A stretch of DNA of 64,000 bases, taken from Chrysomallon squamiferum (Eukaryota > Animalia > Mollusca). The stretch is taken from the NCBI GenBank assembly GCA_012295275.1, contig CM022673.1, positions 18,972,001-19,036,000 of the forward strand, written 5' to 3'. The position numbers were made by a program, and so were the translations under genes. The notes under the pieces are model-generated. The model saw only the letters and a list, made by a program, of their open reading frames with translations. It was not told the origin of the DNA and did not search any database. This document shows positions 39,601 to 53,600 of the stretch, piece after piece (the first letter of the stretch is position 1; the number at the start of each line of letters is the position of its first letter).

Positions 39601-39988
39601 GTTCTATTATTCATAGACTTTTTTTTCGGTAACGATGGCTGCGAAAGAGTTAAATCCAAACTATTTCAGAGATTTAAAAAATGAATTATTTATAATGCAA
39701 AACAACACAATTATTTATCTTTTTACTTAATAAATAAAAAGTGTAATATCAAAAACAACATATGAGAATTCATTGTAATTATGAGTCAATTGGAACCAGT
39801 CTACCGTAATATTAATAAACATTTTAATGTTGTAAAACATTGCAGTTTTTGGTAAAAGAAATATTGGTATTTAAATTTAAGATAGTTTTCATAAGTATGT
39901 TATCTGTTATGATACACTATAATACTCTCTGACTATCAATAAAACATATTTACATTTCTGTAGCGTGATCGGACATAGCTTCAGGCAT
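36615..39988 (-). CDS. PTGES3: Prostaglandin E synthase 3 / Hsp90 co-chaperone p23, about 171 aa, 8 coding exons
   Basis: Exons (minus): 39988-39954, 38839-38723, 38145-38076, 37896-37795, 37660-37571, 37224-37174, 36853-36823, 36634-36615 (516 nt, in frame). Motifs PPAILWAQR, FWPRLLKD, IKTDFERWKDEDDSD, and acidic tail EDSDDDDLPDLN. Confidence 0.95.
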
Positions 39989-39989
39989 G

Positions 39990-40170
39990 CCTTCCGTCTC
40001 GACTGTTCACTGCGTCTTTTTTTCGCGGGTCTACCGAGTCAAGAAAAAGGGCAGAAAAGAAACAGACATAAAGCGTAAAGAACCGTACAACTAACAAATC
40101 GCTGAAAGGAAATTAAAAACTGTAACAATTTTTCAAGTGGTTTTAAGTGTCAAACATTAGGTACGATGTA
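39990..40170. promoter_or_regulatory. Probable shared promoter/5' region of head-to-head PTGES3 and NOSTRIN-like genes
   Basis: CpG-enriched patch just upstream of the PTGES3 ATG. A plus-strand donor TAG|GTACGA at 40160 could supply the UTR exon for the acceptor at 41426-41427. Confidence 0.35.
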
Positions 40171-40210
40171 GATAAGTGAATATGTTAATAAATATTTTTA
40201 TATTTTAAAT

Positions 40211-40249
<39 letters not shown>

Positions 40250-40956
40250 TGTATATATGAAACTGAATAAGCAAAGTATTTAAGTTTTTAAATTGCATTA
40301 TTATTTAGTGATAATATTGATAAAAGGTTAATTAATATTTTATCATAAAAGGAAATATTGAAATATATCTAAAATCTGGGTGTTTGTATATTTAAAATGT
40401 AACTTTTAAATAATATATTATACAAAATATATCTTTTGCTATTAAAAAGTATGATAAAATATAGTAGAGTAATTATTTATTTATTATCTTTGGTTGTTTA
40501 TCAACATTTAGAAATTCCATACGCCCGCTTGGAAGAGAATGCCAAAAGAGATCAGTCTATTATTACATTTTTGGATTTTTAGAAATAAAAATGTATTGAA
40601 CAAAGATTGTTCCTATTATATTTATTAATTGTATATTAATGAGCATTAGATCACCAAATATTATTCACAAATTTTATATTAGTTATTTTAGATAATTTAT
40701 TTCCCGTGTATTTTTTGTTAAATTTTATCATTCAGTGTACCAGTCTACGAATGTGCCTATGATACATAGAAACGAAATGAAATATAACGCACATTTTGAA
40801 ACATGATAATAAATACTACCGCGCATAAGGTCATTCACATGTGATAATAATAAAGTATAATATAAATATAACAATAAATGTACAAATACATCTGAAATAA
40901 CGAACACTTAAAGAATATATTATAAATAGTTTAATTTGCACTCAACGAACGTGAAA

Positions 40957-41030
40957 GGCCTGTTAGCTCAGTTGGTTAGAGCGTCGTGCTAATAACGCGA
41001 ATGTCGTGGGTTCGATCCCCACATGGGCCA
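40957..41030 (+). tRNA. tRNA-Ile (anticodon AAT)
   Basis: Full cloverleaf: acceptor GGCCTGT/ATGGGCC, A-box TAGCTCAGTTGG, anticodon loop CT-AAT-AA (AAT at 40991-40993), B-box GGTTCGATCCC, discriminator A. Oligo-T terminator at about 41040. Confidence 0.95.
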
Positions 41031-41430
41031 TATAATTCCTTTTTCTTTCTTGAAAAAATTACGTAATAGTATTTAAAAAAAGAGAAGATAAAAATATTTC
41101 TATAATATTTTCAATTTCTGAAAATGATGTGTACTAAGCAATAATAACTTTGTGGACAAGTTTGTATGTTTTGACTAAAGAAAGTCATTTCATTTATTTA
41201 TTTATTATTATTTTTTTTTTTATATATATATATTTTTCATCTTAATTTAAATTGAAATTCAGATATGTATTTAAGTTAACTAAATAATAAGTGCTTGGAG
41301 AAACAGTATTCCTATGTCGTTTCATTATTTGCTTTGTGTTTTATATTTACTGAAATCTGTTGTTTCCTGTTTTCATGTTCGATATGTCAAATGGATTAAG
41401 TTGGGACTAATATATTTCATCTTTTAGATA

Positions 41431-41647
41431 ATGGCCCAGTTTAAAGACAGCTTTAAGGTAAGAAAGACATTTGGTATATTTTTTCTTTATAATATCGTTA
41501 TTAAAATTTCGGTTCCTTCTTTTAAATAGCGAATATTAAACGGGCATTTCCTCAACTTGCTTGTGGCATGAGAATTAAAATGGATTTCACTTGAGAGTAA
41601 TGTCCCTTCCAGTGTTATAGGTATCAATAAATGTCGGTAAATTTGTC

Positions 41648-41681
<34 letters not shown>

Positions 41682-44600
41682 TAAAGGCAGTCACTGAGTC
41701 AGCTTGTTAATTTAGATTGTAGATGTATTCCAACTGAGTAATTTAATAAAGTGTAATTATTCTTAGTAGCTTAAATTGTTTAGATTTTAAAGTACAGTTT
41801 TGTTAATAGTTTAAAACGTAATTCATATTATATGCTATCTGATCATATTTGCTGATTCTTAAGCTATACCTCTACCTCTGCATGTCACTGGTGAAGACTG
41901 TTCATATTTGAAGAACAAATAGAATATATTGATAAACAAATAAAAATACTACTTAATATGAATTATTTATTATTATACTATAACTTAGTATTCAGTTTTT
42001 GCTATAGTTTCAAATTAATGAATCTTATGGAAAATATATTTAATAACACTTGAATATTACCAGCAAAAGCTCTGGTATTGAATTTTTCTGTGATTTATTC
42101 TTAAACAACCAGAATCTGCTCTACTATTGATGCAGTTTTAGTTAGAACCTTCATTTCATCTACTATTACTATTAGTTGCAATGATTTGCTCATTTATTCT
42201 CAAAGCTGGGATTTGTGTTTATATCAGCAAATGGATTAAGACATGCCTACTTTCAGAGACTTCTTCTAATCCCATAGTATCGATCTCTGAATACAGCACC
42301 TTATGACTTTCATCTATATAAAACTAAACATGTTTCTCTGGTTTATTACAATCAGTACATGATGGCAGAATCCTATGAACATAAATTTAAAACTAAGCTT
42401 TACAGAAAGTACAAAGTTTGTAAAAAAGTGCTAATTCCTAAAGATGATATTTCACAATGCTTTAGGAACAAGGAGCAGACATGAAATAACTACATTAAAA
42501 GTAAGTATATTTCACGATTTTCAGTGCCAATCTACTGCTTCATTGACAAATTCTAATATTTCTCTGAAATAAATACACCATTCTACTGAAACTTAATGCA
42601 GTTGATTCTGTGTTGTTTGTTTAATTGATCTCTTTATAGACTAAGTGTAAATATTTTGTTGTGGCATCGTGGTCAGTTGGCCAAATAACAAGTGTTTTTC
42701 AATGGGAGACCATGTGTTACAAATTATCAGGGTAATAACTTTGATATAACTACTAAATATATCAGTATGGCTACTTTTCCTTCCAAACAGCCATAAAAAA
42801 AAAAGAGTAACTCTTGTTTAACAACAGTTTTTCTTACTATTTTCCGGCTGTCACATGTATAGATCTGTTTTAATTTTAACTAAAGAATTTTTTTTTTTTT
42901 TTTTTAAAGAACAAGAAAAGATAAATAACAATTTAAAAACAGACATTAGGTGCTAACCATCTTTCTTATCCATCCATTTTTTATTATAAACTTTTATCTG
43001 TCATTTATTTCATTCTTTTAATTCCGTTTGCTAACTTGCTCAAGTTATCAGTTCTAGCTTCTTTCTGCATGCTTTGGGAATAACACAAAACTGTTGACAG
43101 AAAATACACAATGGTTTTAATGCAAACATATTCTGTTGAAATGTGCTGACGTTTAACAAGTGTAACACCAGAATGTTTGTCTATTTTCTTTAGTTTTTCT
43201 TTTTTCCTGCATCAATATTGAAATAGGGTAACATAAATAGCAATGGAAGTCTGTTAATCAAAGTATAAAGAACATATGTTCTATGTATTTTTTTATCCCC
43301 ATCTTCAGTTGTTATTATTATTATTATTATGTGTTCTTTACTTTAGATATATAAATTATTGTTTTACTATAAAACAGCCCGTAATTTTACCATGTTTGAT
43401 GGTAAAGAATGTTTAGCAAATAGTGTAAATATTTCTTGAGTAAAGAAAATGTTGCTTAAGTAAAGAGGTGGATATTTTGACAGAGCTGTTTTTAATTTTC
43501 ATACAGAAAAAACTCATATATTTTCAAACAGTATATCCATTTCGTACAAATTATTTATATAAATAAATAACTGTTTTTTAAAATGTAATAAAACAAGTAT
43601 ATTATGATACTAAAGATCAGTTTGTCTCAGACTTCAGTAATCTTATTTATACCAGAGATATATATATGTATGTGTAAAAAAAAGAAAGAAAAATGTCCTC
43701 ACCTGGACTGTATATATATATATATATATATGTATGAGCAAAGTCATTAAAAATGGGACATTTGTGTAAAAAACAGCAGTGGAAAATTTTCTACCTTTAA
43801 ACAGTTTGTTTGTAGCTTTAATTATGGTATGAAAATCCATGTATATGAAAACAATAATTAGAAGATAATGGCTTGCCTTGCTTTTAAAATGGATACTTTA
43901 GAATTAAGCAATTCAGTACCTTGTGTCATGTCCATCGCATTTGCCTAGCAATGTTTATATGTAACGGATTTAAAAAAAAAAAAATTGGACATTTAATAAT
44001 GCAAAGAGATGAAAACTATCAGAAAAAAATAATTAGAGTATGTCTGCGATGGATAAAAGATAACATGGTTACATTAGTAATCCTAAATTTGTGTCCCTTT
44101 ACCATAGTCTATTAACAGTATGTTGTCCTCTTGAAAATATTTTGGGGTGGCAGGAGATAACATACAACCAAAATATGTTGTATTTCAAGTGTTTTCATTT
44201 TGCCCATTCTAGCCCACAGACTTGAGTAGATTTTTACCATCAATATGATGTAAGCAACAATGTATTTTGTTATTTTTCCATAATGTATGTTGTTAGTTCA
44301 CCAAGAAGTCTTTCTAAAAAGTATGAATATTTATTGATAAAAATAAAAGAAACACATGCAGCATGTCAGTTGCCAGTTGTTACAATCTGACAACAAAAGC
44401 CACCTGACTGGCAACATCGTCAAGATCATTCTCCAGTTTTGCTAAAAGTTCATGTAGAGTGCCATCTTTTTTGAAGCAGGACAAGCAGAGAGAAGAAGTT
44501 TAGACTGCATTACTACAGATCTCTGCTCCCTTGATGTTGGCATCCTTGCTAATGGTCTTTGCTTATGATAATAGCAGTTTTGGCTAGTGCTAGTTGTAGG

Positions 44601-47600
44601 TCAGTTCTGACTCTGAGTGTGGTGCTATTTTTTGTGACATCATATTTTCTGACTCCATGCCCACTTTAGTTTCTCATAAGTTCTTTTTTTCTGCAGGTGT
44701 CATGGACTTTACATCCTTCTTGGCTTTCCTATGCACTGTTGTCCTGCCTTCCTTTTCAGTCTGTGCCTGTCTACAATGTCTTTGCCTCAGTTTGTAATCC
44801 TTTCATTACTTCCTCTTTTTCCTCAGTGTTATTACTTGTTTACCTTTATCGTGTTCTGCCTTTTTCACGTCTGCATTCTTTTCTTAAATTTTCATAGTTG
44901 TTCACAGTGTTAGTTCAACTGTGCTCTCCGTTTTCTTTGTCACTCTCATGCTTTTTGCCATATTGCTTAAGAAAGGAAAGGTAATGAAAATATCTAAATA
45001 AATATGATTCATGATGTTCATGGTAATTGAACCCAGATGACTGTCATTATATTTTGTAAAACCTAGAAGAACACTTCTTGGCCATGAAAAGCTGAAGCCC
45101 AAGTTTGGATTTAAATTAAAAAATAGGACTCTGCAATTCAAAGAAGTCAGCAAGCTCTCTGAATATTACAAGATGATTTCCTTTTGTTTCACATGACCAT
45201 TGAAAGTATCATGGGCTTTACATAGCATGGGAGTTCCAATTGTTTTACATGGGCAACTAGAGAAAACACATTTACAAATTAAGCACATACTGATTAGACA
45301 TTGTTGCCACTCATCAAATGTTCAATAGAAAAGGATGTCAGACCTCTGTAAGTGTTAACCATGGTTAGATATGATAACTGAGATGCATAGACTCTCAGTA
45401 AAAAGAAAGTAATTAAGATAACACCTTATTTTATTACATAATTTATAAATTTATAAATGCATGAAATTAGCAAATTGGTAAATTCTGTTACATTCATTAC
45501 AATGATGTCCATTGAGGTCACTTGGCTCTCAATACAAATTCATTCAGATGCAGTATTACATCTTATTTCATTATAACTTTGAGTACAAATGCCAAATGGT
45601 AGCTCCATTGTTGTTTGGTAATAGCTATTGGAAGCTGTCTAATGCATATTTTTTCATGCTTTTTGAATAAATCATTTTTTCCATAATTCATAACAATTAT
45701 TTTATGACAGATCTTTCTTGAATTTTACTTTTTTATGTCTGTATAGGATGGTACATACAACATAAAAATGCAAAAGATAGAGTCAGTTTGTTACTTACTA
45801 TTTGTAAAAGAATACTGTGATAATTAGTGTCATGAAAACTGAGGTTTCTTTGAAAATAGCATAAAATCTTAACAAATCAGTTACTCTGCAATGGAGATGG
45901 ATAGAAAGATAATTCTTTCACTGAAATAATCCTTAGCATTTATTTTTGACAGAAAAGAAAGAGGAGACACCTCAACACCTTCCTGTTAATATTAAATCAT
46001 CAAAGAAATGTCCAAGTGCAAACTTTACAGTTTTTGGCCCTTAAAACTGTCATATAAGAGCCAACATTTTTTTATATTAAAGTTGTTTCTGCAGGTAGAG
46101 CACATCCATTTCTTGTCATATAACTGTGAAATAATTGCTTTTAAAATGATTTTTTTTTTTTTCATGTCATGTTTTGTTCCAGGAAACAGTATGTATATAT
46201 GACAACAGCATTTTGTTGCCTGCCTTATTAACGGTATAAATTATAATTACAGCTTTTTAAATAAAATAAATACTAATTAGATAATAATCTGTATATATTT
46301 TTATATCAATTATATATACATAAATTAATTTAGAATATATTTCCAAAAATTTAACAACAACATATTTTTAATCTAAATATATATTATGCTGTGAAAGTTC
46401 ACTCCCACCCAACCTAAAACTTAAAAAATATGTCTCCCACATAGCCAAAATGATACCTGGGCCAAATGTTTTGAAAGTAAATTGGTATTAAGGGCTATGG
46501 TCTGTTTTTTATATTACGTGAATATAGCTCAGTAGATAGCAGTGCTCTGGTAGTGATGCTGACGAGTGTATATGAGTGAATAAAATTCAGGGAAAATTAA
46601 CATCGGTATTAAGGGTGAATAGTGAATATGAATGAATAGAATACAGTGAAATAACTAGATGGCATTGAGTGAACAGATAGTCTTGTACAGTTTAAAAGCC
46701 AACCTAGTCACTCCTGTACCTGCCATTTATGAGGACGAGCTATCAGGTAAATAGTATGGCTTATGAGAGACTATTATTACTTTTAAAACCAGTGTATTAA
46801 TAAAGGTTATTATTTCTAATAGATGTACAGTTACCCACACAGATGTTCTTTTCCTTACACCCAGTGTATCATCTGATACACAAGAGAATCTAGCCATACA
46901 AACTAGCCATTCCTTTTAGGGACATTGCTGATGTCTAGAAGTATTGATACAGACTACGACACGAATACAATAGACTGACCAAAGTTAATCTCATACCACC
47001 CAACTCCCACCTATCCAAAACTCAATGCTGTTGTAATAGATTGATTTGGTTAGGTTTTTGGTTAGGTGGGAGGACACCACTGTGAATGACTACATGTATA
47101 TAAATGAGAGAAAACATTTGCTGCTGACAAGCAAGGAGCTAAGTTTTTAAAGTTAGCAGCAAGCAAACTTTTAAATACATGTACCAGAGACAGTAAAGAT
47201 ATAACATTGCCTTAATGAAAAGCAGGGAACTAGCTAAACTTTTTAATTTTAATTTTAATTTTAATTTTTCTAAAATGAAATATATGTTACCAAATATATG
47301 TTTATAGAATTAATCGTAAATTTATCTGTTATTCTATTTTTAAAAACTTTTTACCAGGACAGAATTAAATAAATAAAATAGAAATACTAATTTAAAATAA
47401 ATAACTTTAAAGGATAAAAAAATATGATAATACTTTTTCCTTCTGTTTCTCCAGTTTTTGTTTTCTAAGTATATTTTTAGTTTGATTTTCAGATGTCTAC
47501 AAACAAAATAATTATTTTTGATTATTCAGTATGACATCATTTTTTTATACAGTCTAACACTAACTGGTCCAGTCTTTCCTTAGAATGATGCATACTTTGG

Positions 47601-50600
47601 AGTTCTTTTCTGCTGAGTCATGTGAAAACAAGTTTTATTTGACAGTTTTTAGTCAGGTTTTCCAGTCCTAATTAAATGTTTTTGGTGAAGGAAGCTTTAG
47701 AAATATGATACTACTCATTAAATTTTGTGAATATTATTTCAAACGTTTATTAACACTTAATATTATTCATATTGATATTTGCAAAATTTTAGATAGGTTT
47801 ACTCTTCAATCAATATGGAGCACTGGATCAAGAGAAGAGAGTTTTAGCTTATTGATTTTGTTTGTAGTTATCTTTTTCATTTATTTGCATCAAGTGAATT
47901 TTCTGGACAAGCTTGAAATAGAAATAGATGAATGAATCATATTCCACTGGACAGTTAATAGTTTGTATTTAAAAAAAAAAAAAAATATCTTTTTTTGTTT
48001 TTTAATTAATAAGCATTGTACCAGCTTGGTCTTTTCAGTATTTATATCTGCAGTAAGAGTTATATAATTAGATTACATTTTAGATCCTGGATTATTACAT
48101 ATTTTATCAATATTTGTATGAGAAGCTAATTATTGACTTTTAATATCCTTTTAAAAAATTATACACAAAATTAAAACCATATAAGAAAGTATATTCACAA
48201 GGAAAATGTAGCATGAAAATTGCTATAAAAATTATGCTATGAGCACACTAAATTCGTATAAAGGCAGGTTTTCAGCATGTGAGAGACAATGTGTACATGC
48301 ATGTATTTGATAAACAGACCTAACTTAATGATTGTTATGTGCTTTATGATTTGATTTTGTAGAGAGAAATTAAATAATGCAGGCTATTGCTAACATAGTG
48401 TTATTTCTGATGATGTATATATAGCTACCAGGGAGGAGAATGTGTGACGTCAAACTGGTGAACTCTGTTATAATCTCATAAACACTGAGTAACAACAACT
48501 GATGTTCAGGAAATGTTAGTGATATATATATTGTTGTTGTTTTGGCACTAACTCTCCATCCCAGTTTATAACTGTTCACAGTGGTCCAGCTCTTGGCAAG
48601 AAGAATGCTAGCTCTTACATCAGTGCAGTAATAGAGGCATGAAAAATTCTATATCTGTGGTGTTATATAGAAGAATCTGAGAATTACTGTTTCTGTGTTT
48701 TTCCCAGTGATTTACAGTAAGTGACACAAGGACAAAACTATGGATTAAACTAGAAAACAGTAAACAAATGGAATGTTTATGCAAAAGTTGACCTAATCAA
48801 TATGGGCTCTGCATATCTAAAATATTCACACATTGTGTTGCAGTTCATTTTTTTTTATGTGGATGTGGTAACTAGAAATGAAGGAAAGAAAAATATTTGC
48901 TATATATCAGTTTGACATTCTTTTAGAGTTTGCACATACATGTTTGTGGACAGTGATTATCTTTAAAATTTAAAAAAGTATAAGCTGTAATTGTAAATTG
49001 TGGAACATTAATAATTACACATATTTTGAAATACATTTTTCTATTGATTTTTGACCTGTTTACCATTAGAAAAAAAAAAACAAAAAAGGGCATGTAATTT
49101 ATGCTAAAACATAAATATTAGATAATTAGTACTTAAAATATTATTTACTATACTAGTAGTCTTTGATTTTAGAAAATAGTATAATGCACAATACAGAAAT
49201 AAATTATTAAATTCTTCAGTGAGTTAACATTATTGAAAAGGTTTCAGTTTCTGTTTAAGTCATAATATTTATATTACTAATATACATGTTTGAAAAAAGA
49301 AGAAATTCTAAGTAATCAGTAACCGAAGTAAAGTGACTGTGCTGTTGAACCAAGTTTCAAAAGATTTTGGCACTGATGTTGTTTTTCTCTTGCATCTTAA
49401 AAACATAGAATTTGTATTTATTTTCTAATCTCTGCTAATGTAATTGAAATTGCCTCTTGTATTACATATGAATATCAAAAAGTAGCTTTATTGTTTCGTT
49501 GTTGTTCTCTAAGAAGAATTTAGGGTGCCAAAATAAAAAGAATTGGAGTTACTAGCAGATGTGTGGAATCCAGTACTGGCAGTCAGTTTTGTTTACTTAA
49601 TGTCTGCTGGATGTAGCAACAAGATTAGACATTTGTGACCTTGGAAAACGTACAAAGATAACAAATTTGTATATAAACAAACAACTCAAAATATATATTT
49701 TTATTTTTACATTATTCTTGGACTTGAGCAATCTTAATTTTTTCTGATAATGAGCAACTTAAATTTAAAAAAAAAAAAAATTTCATTATTATTATTGGAG
49801 CATATATGGACATATGACAGATATTTGTGATTCGTGGAATGAGTCATTCACCTGATTGTCAACGTTGTTTTTCTCGACAACAAAGTTCCTGCAGATTTAG
49901 AAGAATTTCAAATATCATGCCAGGAGCTATCCAAAATGCTGTGAACACTTACATGCTTCCTTTGACTATTGAAACCATTGCCAAGGTAATGTTACCCTTA
50001 AACTTCTTTTTATTTAAAAATAACAAGTTTCTGTGACCATTTAAGAGTTGTCTGATCAGAGTTGCACTTGATAACAGATTAGCCGTTGTTAATGACAAGC
50101 ATCAGAAAGGTTAGCTTATGCTTTCATTTCTGGGAAGAGGGTCCTATAAAATATGTCTTATTACGTAATCACTGCACACTTTTTTTTTTAGACTTTGCTT
50201 CTGCAAAACAAACATGAGCTGTTTCATATTAGTAACCATAAACATAAATTATGTTTAAGGATTTTTTCACATTTGTGTAATCATTGTAATGTATTGTTGA
50301 TTTACCGTATCAGCTAACACTTTATATTTTATTTTTAAATTTTTATTTTCTTACGTTTTCATGATAGATTATGAGCTTTAGAAAGATTGTTTTTATTTTT
50401 CCTGATCGACGCCTGCATGCTCTGTTACTTGAACAATGTAAAATTATCAAGTGATTTCTGCTTCCCCTTACATAATATTATTCAAATATCATTGATGATG
50501 ACTAGTTTCAAACCTTTTTGGGGTAAATAAAAGATAGTGGTCAGTGTTATTACTTCTGGTAACTAAAGATTTAGTGTTCTTAAAACCTTCCAAATTATTG

Positions 50601-53600
50601 TCCTATTAATTGATAATATATGGATTAGAAAAAAATGCAAGCTCCCATTAACAAAGTTTAAGGATCTTACTTGTTTTGTAGGCAACTCATTTTTACACAA
50701 GGATGATCACTTAAGCTATAGTAGGAAGTATGAGGAGGCATAACTTATAAATGTTTTGTTTGTTTTTACAATACTAATTAAAACATAACAACAACAATCT
50801 CAACAATACATGCCACTAAAGTGTACTGAATTTACTTGTATAGCTTCTTTTCTCTTGCATGTTTATTCAAATGAATACTATTTGTGTGTCTGTGGATACA
50901 AATTATCTAGGTCCCTTTTTACACTATTTTGAAAGGTATGGTCCTAAAGGCTTTTCTACATTGTGTGTGTGTGTGTGTGTGTGTGTGTTAATTTTAATGT
51001 CAATGGAATAAAATTTTGATAAATGTTTTAAACAGTCTTTAATCATAAAAACATATTTAAAGTAAAATATCAAAAATAAAATCTGCAATATGTATAAGCT
51101 CTGTTGTGATATTAGTCAAACATTGCCTAAAAGTAAGAGTTGCATAGTTAGATGTCCAATCAGTTTGTCACAGATGATCAAATTACTTAATTAATTTTGA
51201 AGCCGAATAAGTCTAGTGATAACATTAATAATAACATGTTGACCTTTCTTTTTGTTTGTAATTAATCATACAGCCTGTGAGTTTTGTTTTAGTCCAAGAA
51301 AGCTTCTTTAAAATATTTTTCATGACAGTCTAGAAATTTAGTTTTAGTAGATCAGTCATTCAGTCATTTTAATTGTAAAACCTAAATAATTAAAACAGAA
51401 AAAAAAAAGCCTTTATAAAACTACAATGAGTAAAACTTTATAGTTTAGTATTGAAAGGAAGATTGTTATCAAACATTATGCAGTTCTGTTGTTGATAAAG
51501 TATCAGTTAATTACAACAACAACAATATGGTTAATATTCTGTCAGTTTAGCTGTGGATGAATGTTTATGATTGCAGATGGACCTTGCCTTGTGACCATGT
51601 TCCATTCCAACTATCATTGTGCCAGCACATGTCATGCTTATTATGACATTCTGGGGATAAATGCATTTAGATTATCAGGAATTAGTAAATTTTAAAATGT
51701 GACTACAGTTAGTGCAGTTTGAGTTATTTATTTATTTACAAACATGTTTTGTAATAATATACAAGAAAATAAACACAAGTAAATTATTTACAATTCTGTG
51801 GAAACTTAAATTAAAATACTGAATCAGTTAGATCCTAATTAAAAAAGGAATCAGTCACAGGAAAATACAGTAATTATGTTAACATAAGTTTATATGTGTG
51901 TGTGTGTATGTGTGTTGTATAATATACATCCATGCATATAGCAGTTCCATGAGTTATGAGTGCTCCAACTTATGAGTTTTTCAAGTTACGAGCAGCCACG
52001 CAGTTGATTTTTTTGTTTTGAGTTGCAAGCCAAAATCTGAGTTAAGAATGAGCTTGGCGCAATGAACAACACAACATACTCCCAACATTCCATGTCTTCC
52101 TCGTTTGCCTCACATGATTACCTTGTCATGGAAGCATCTCTGTTGTGTTGTGCTCATGTTTTGTGCAGTATTTTGCGAAATTTCCATGGATTCTTAGAAA
52201 GTCAATACAAAGGACAGTGCTGAGAAGAAGAAATGGATGATGTCCATTGAATTGAAGAATGAAATCACAGAAAAACATGAGTGAGGTGTGCAAATAGTCA
52301 ACATCGCTAGGCAGTATGAGCTTAGTACTTTTATGATATGTACCATACCGAAGCAGAAGAAGTCAAATAAGGCTATAACGCCAGCCAGAGGTGTTAAAAT
52401 AAGTTCTAAGCTGCAGATCTCTGTCCATGAAAAGATGGAGAAACCTTAACCCTGTACACTTTACAAAACCAGTTTATTTCTTTTCATTCTCTTCTGTTTT
52501 GTCATTTATATATATACATTTTTCTTATTTAAAAATATGTTCAAAAAAATTGGAGTGGTTTTTGTGGGGCTGGAATGGATTAATGGTATTTCATTTGGAA
52601 AAACTGATCTGATCTATGAGCAAATTGAGTTACAAGCTCGGTCACAGAACAAATTAAACTCTTAAGTCAAGGAACCACTGTGTATGTATATATATATATG
52701 TGTGTGTGTTAAACAAATATGCTTTTAAATACAGTATAAAAAAATAAGGGAGAACTTTTTTTAACATATTCTGCTGCCAAACATTTTCAAAGCAGGCCAA
52801 AGTTTCAGATTCTCTCTTGTGACCTCCATGTTCATCAACCACTTGTCGCTTTTTCTTTGAGACCTAGAATTTGCACCTAAAGCCCTTATTAGAAACTGCA
52901 GAATCAGTGAACAAAAAAAATGAAGCCATGCAGGTGAACAAATTTCAACACTTTGTTTGTTTATCACACAAAATGTGCCATATCTTCATCACTAATTAAC
53001 GTAACTTTAAACTTTAAAAGCTGCCTTTACAGGTTTGTCAACACATATTTTCCTGTTAAAGGTATTACAAATGGTCAAACAGAACTTCAGTTATTTGCAT
53101 ATATTGACATTATTATAATTATTAATACATATTTATTAAATATTTGGCATTGATTTGTCTTTTCTCATTTTCATATGTATTGAAACTAGATTATCTCAAG
53201 ATTACATACATACATAATTAATATTATCTATAGTCAGTATACACAAAAGAAATGTGTCTAATGAAACATAGTTTCTTATATAACCAGTTTTATGTTAAAC
53301 CCAAAGACAAGAATATCTGTTTCCGTTGCACCAACCAATTGTTGTTAGACATAAATGGGACATCTGTCTTTATAGAATCCATATTATTGTAGGTAAAATA
53401 GTCTTTGTAATTATGACATCTCAACCTTAAGTTATACATAAGTTTATTCTTTTTAGTAAATCAAACCCAGTTTGAACTACAATATGTTTTATATTTGCAA
53501 CCAAACAAATCCACCAAAATGAAATAAACATAGTGCTGTTCTGGATAGATGGTGGAGGTCTTTTTGCTTTCAAAATAATTCTGTCAAACATATTTGCATG

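Noticed and set aside
40957-41030. Functional link between NSUN6 and the neighbouring tRNA
   Set aside because: Eukaryotic NSUN6 acts on tRNA-Thr/Cys with discriminator U73. This tRNA-Ile has A73, so the co-location is most likely chance.
42362-42500. Another alternative NOSTRIN first coding exon ending in AAA|GTAAGT
   Set aside because: The ORF stops at 42482-42484 before the donor and the phase does not match exon 60066. At most a non-coding exon.
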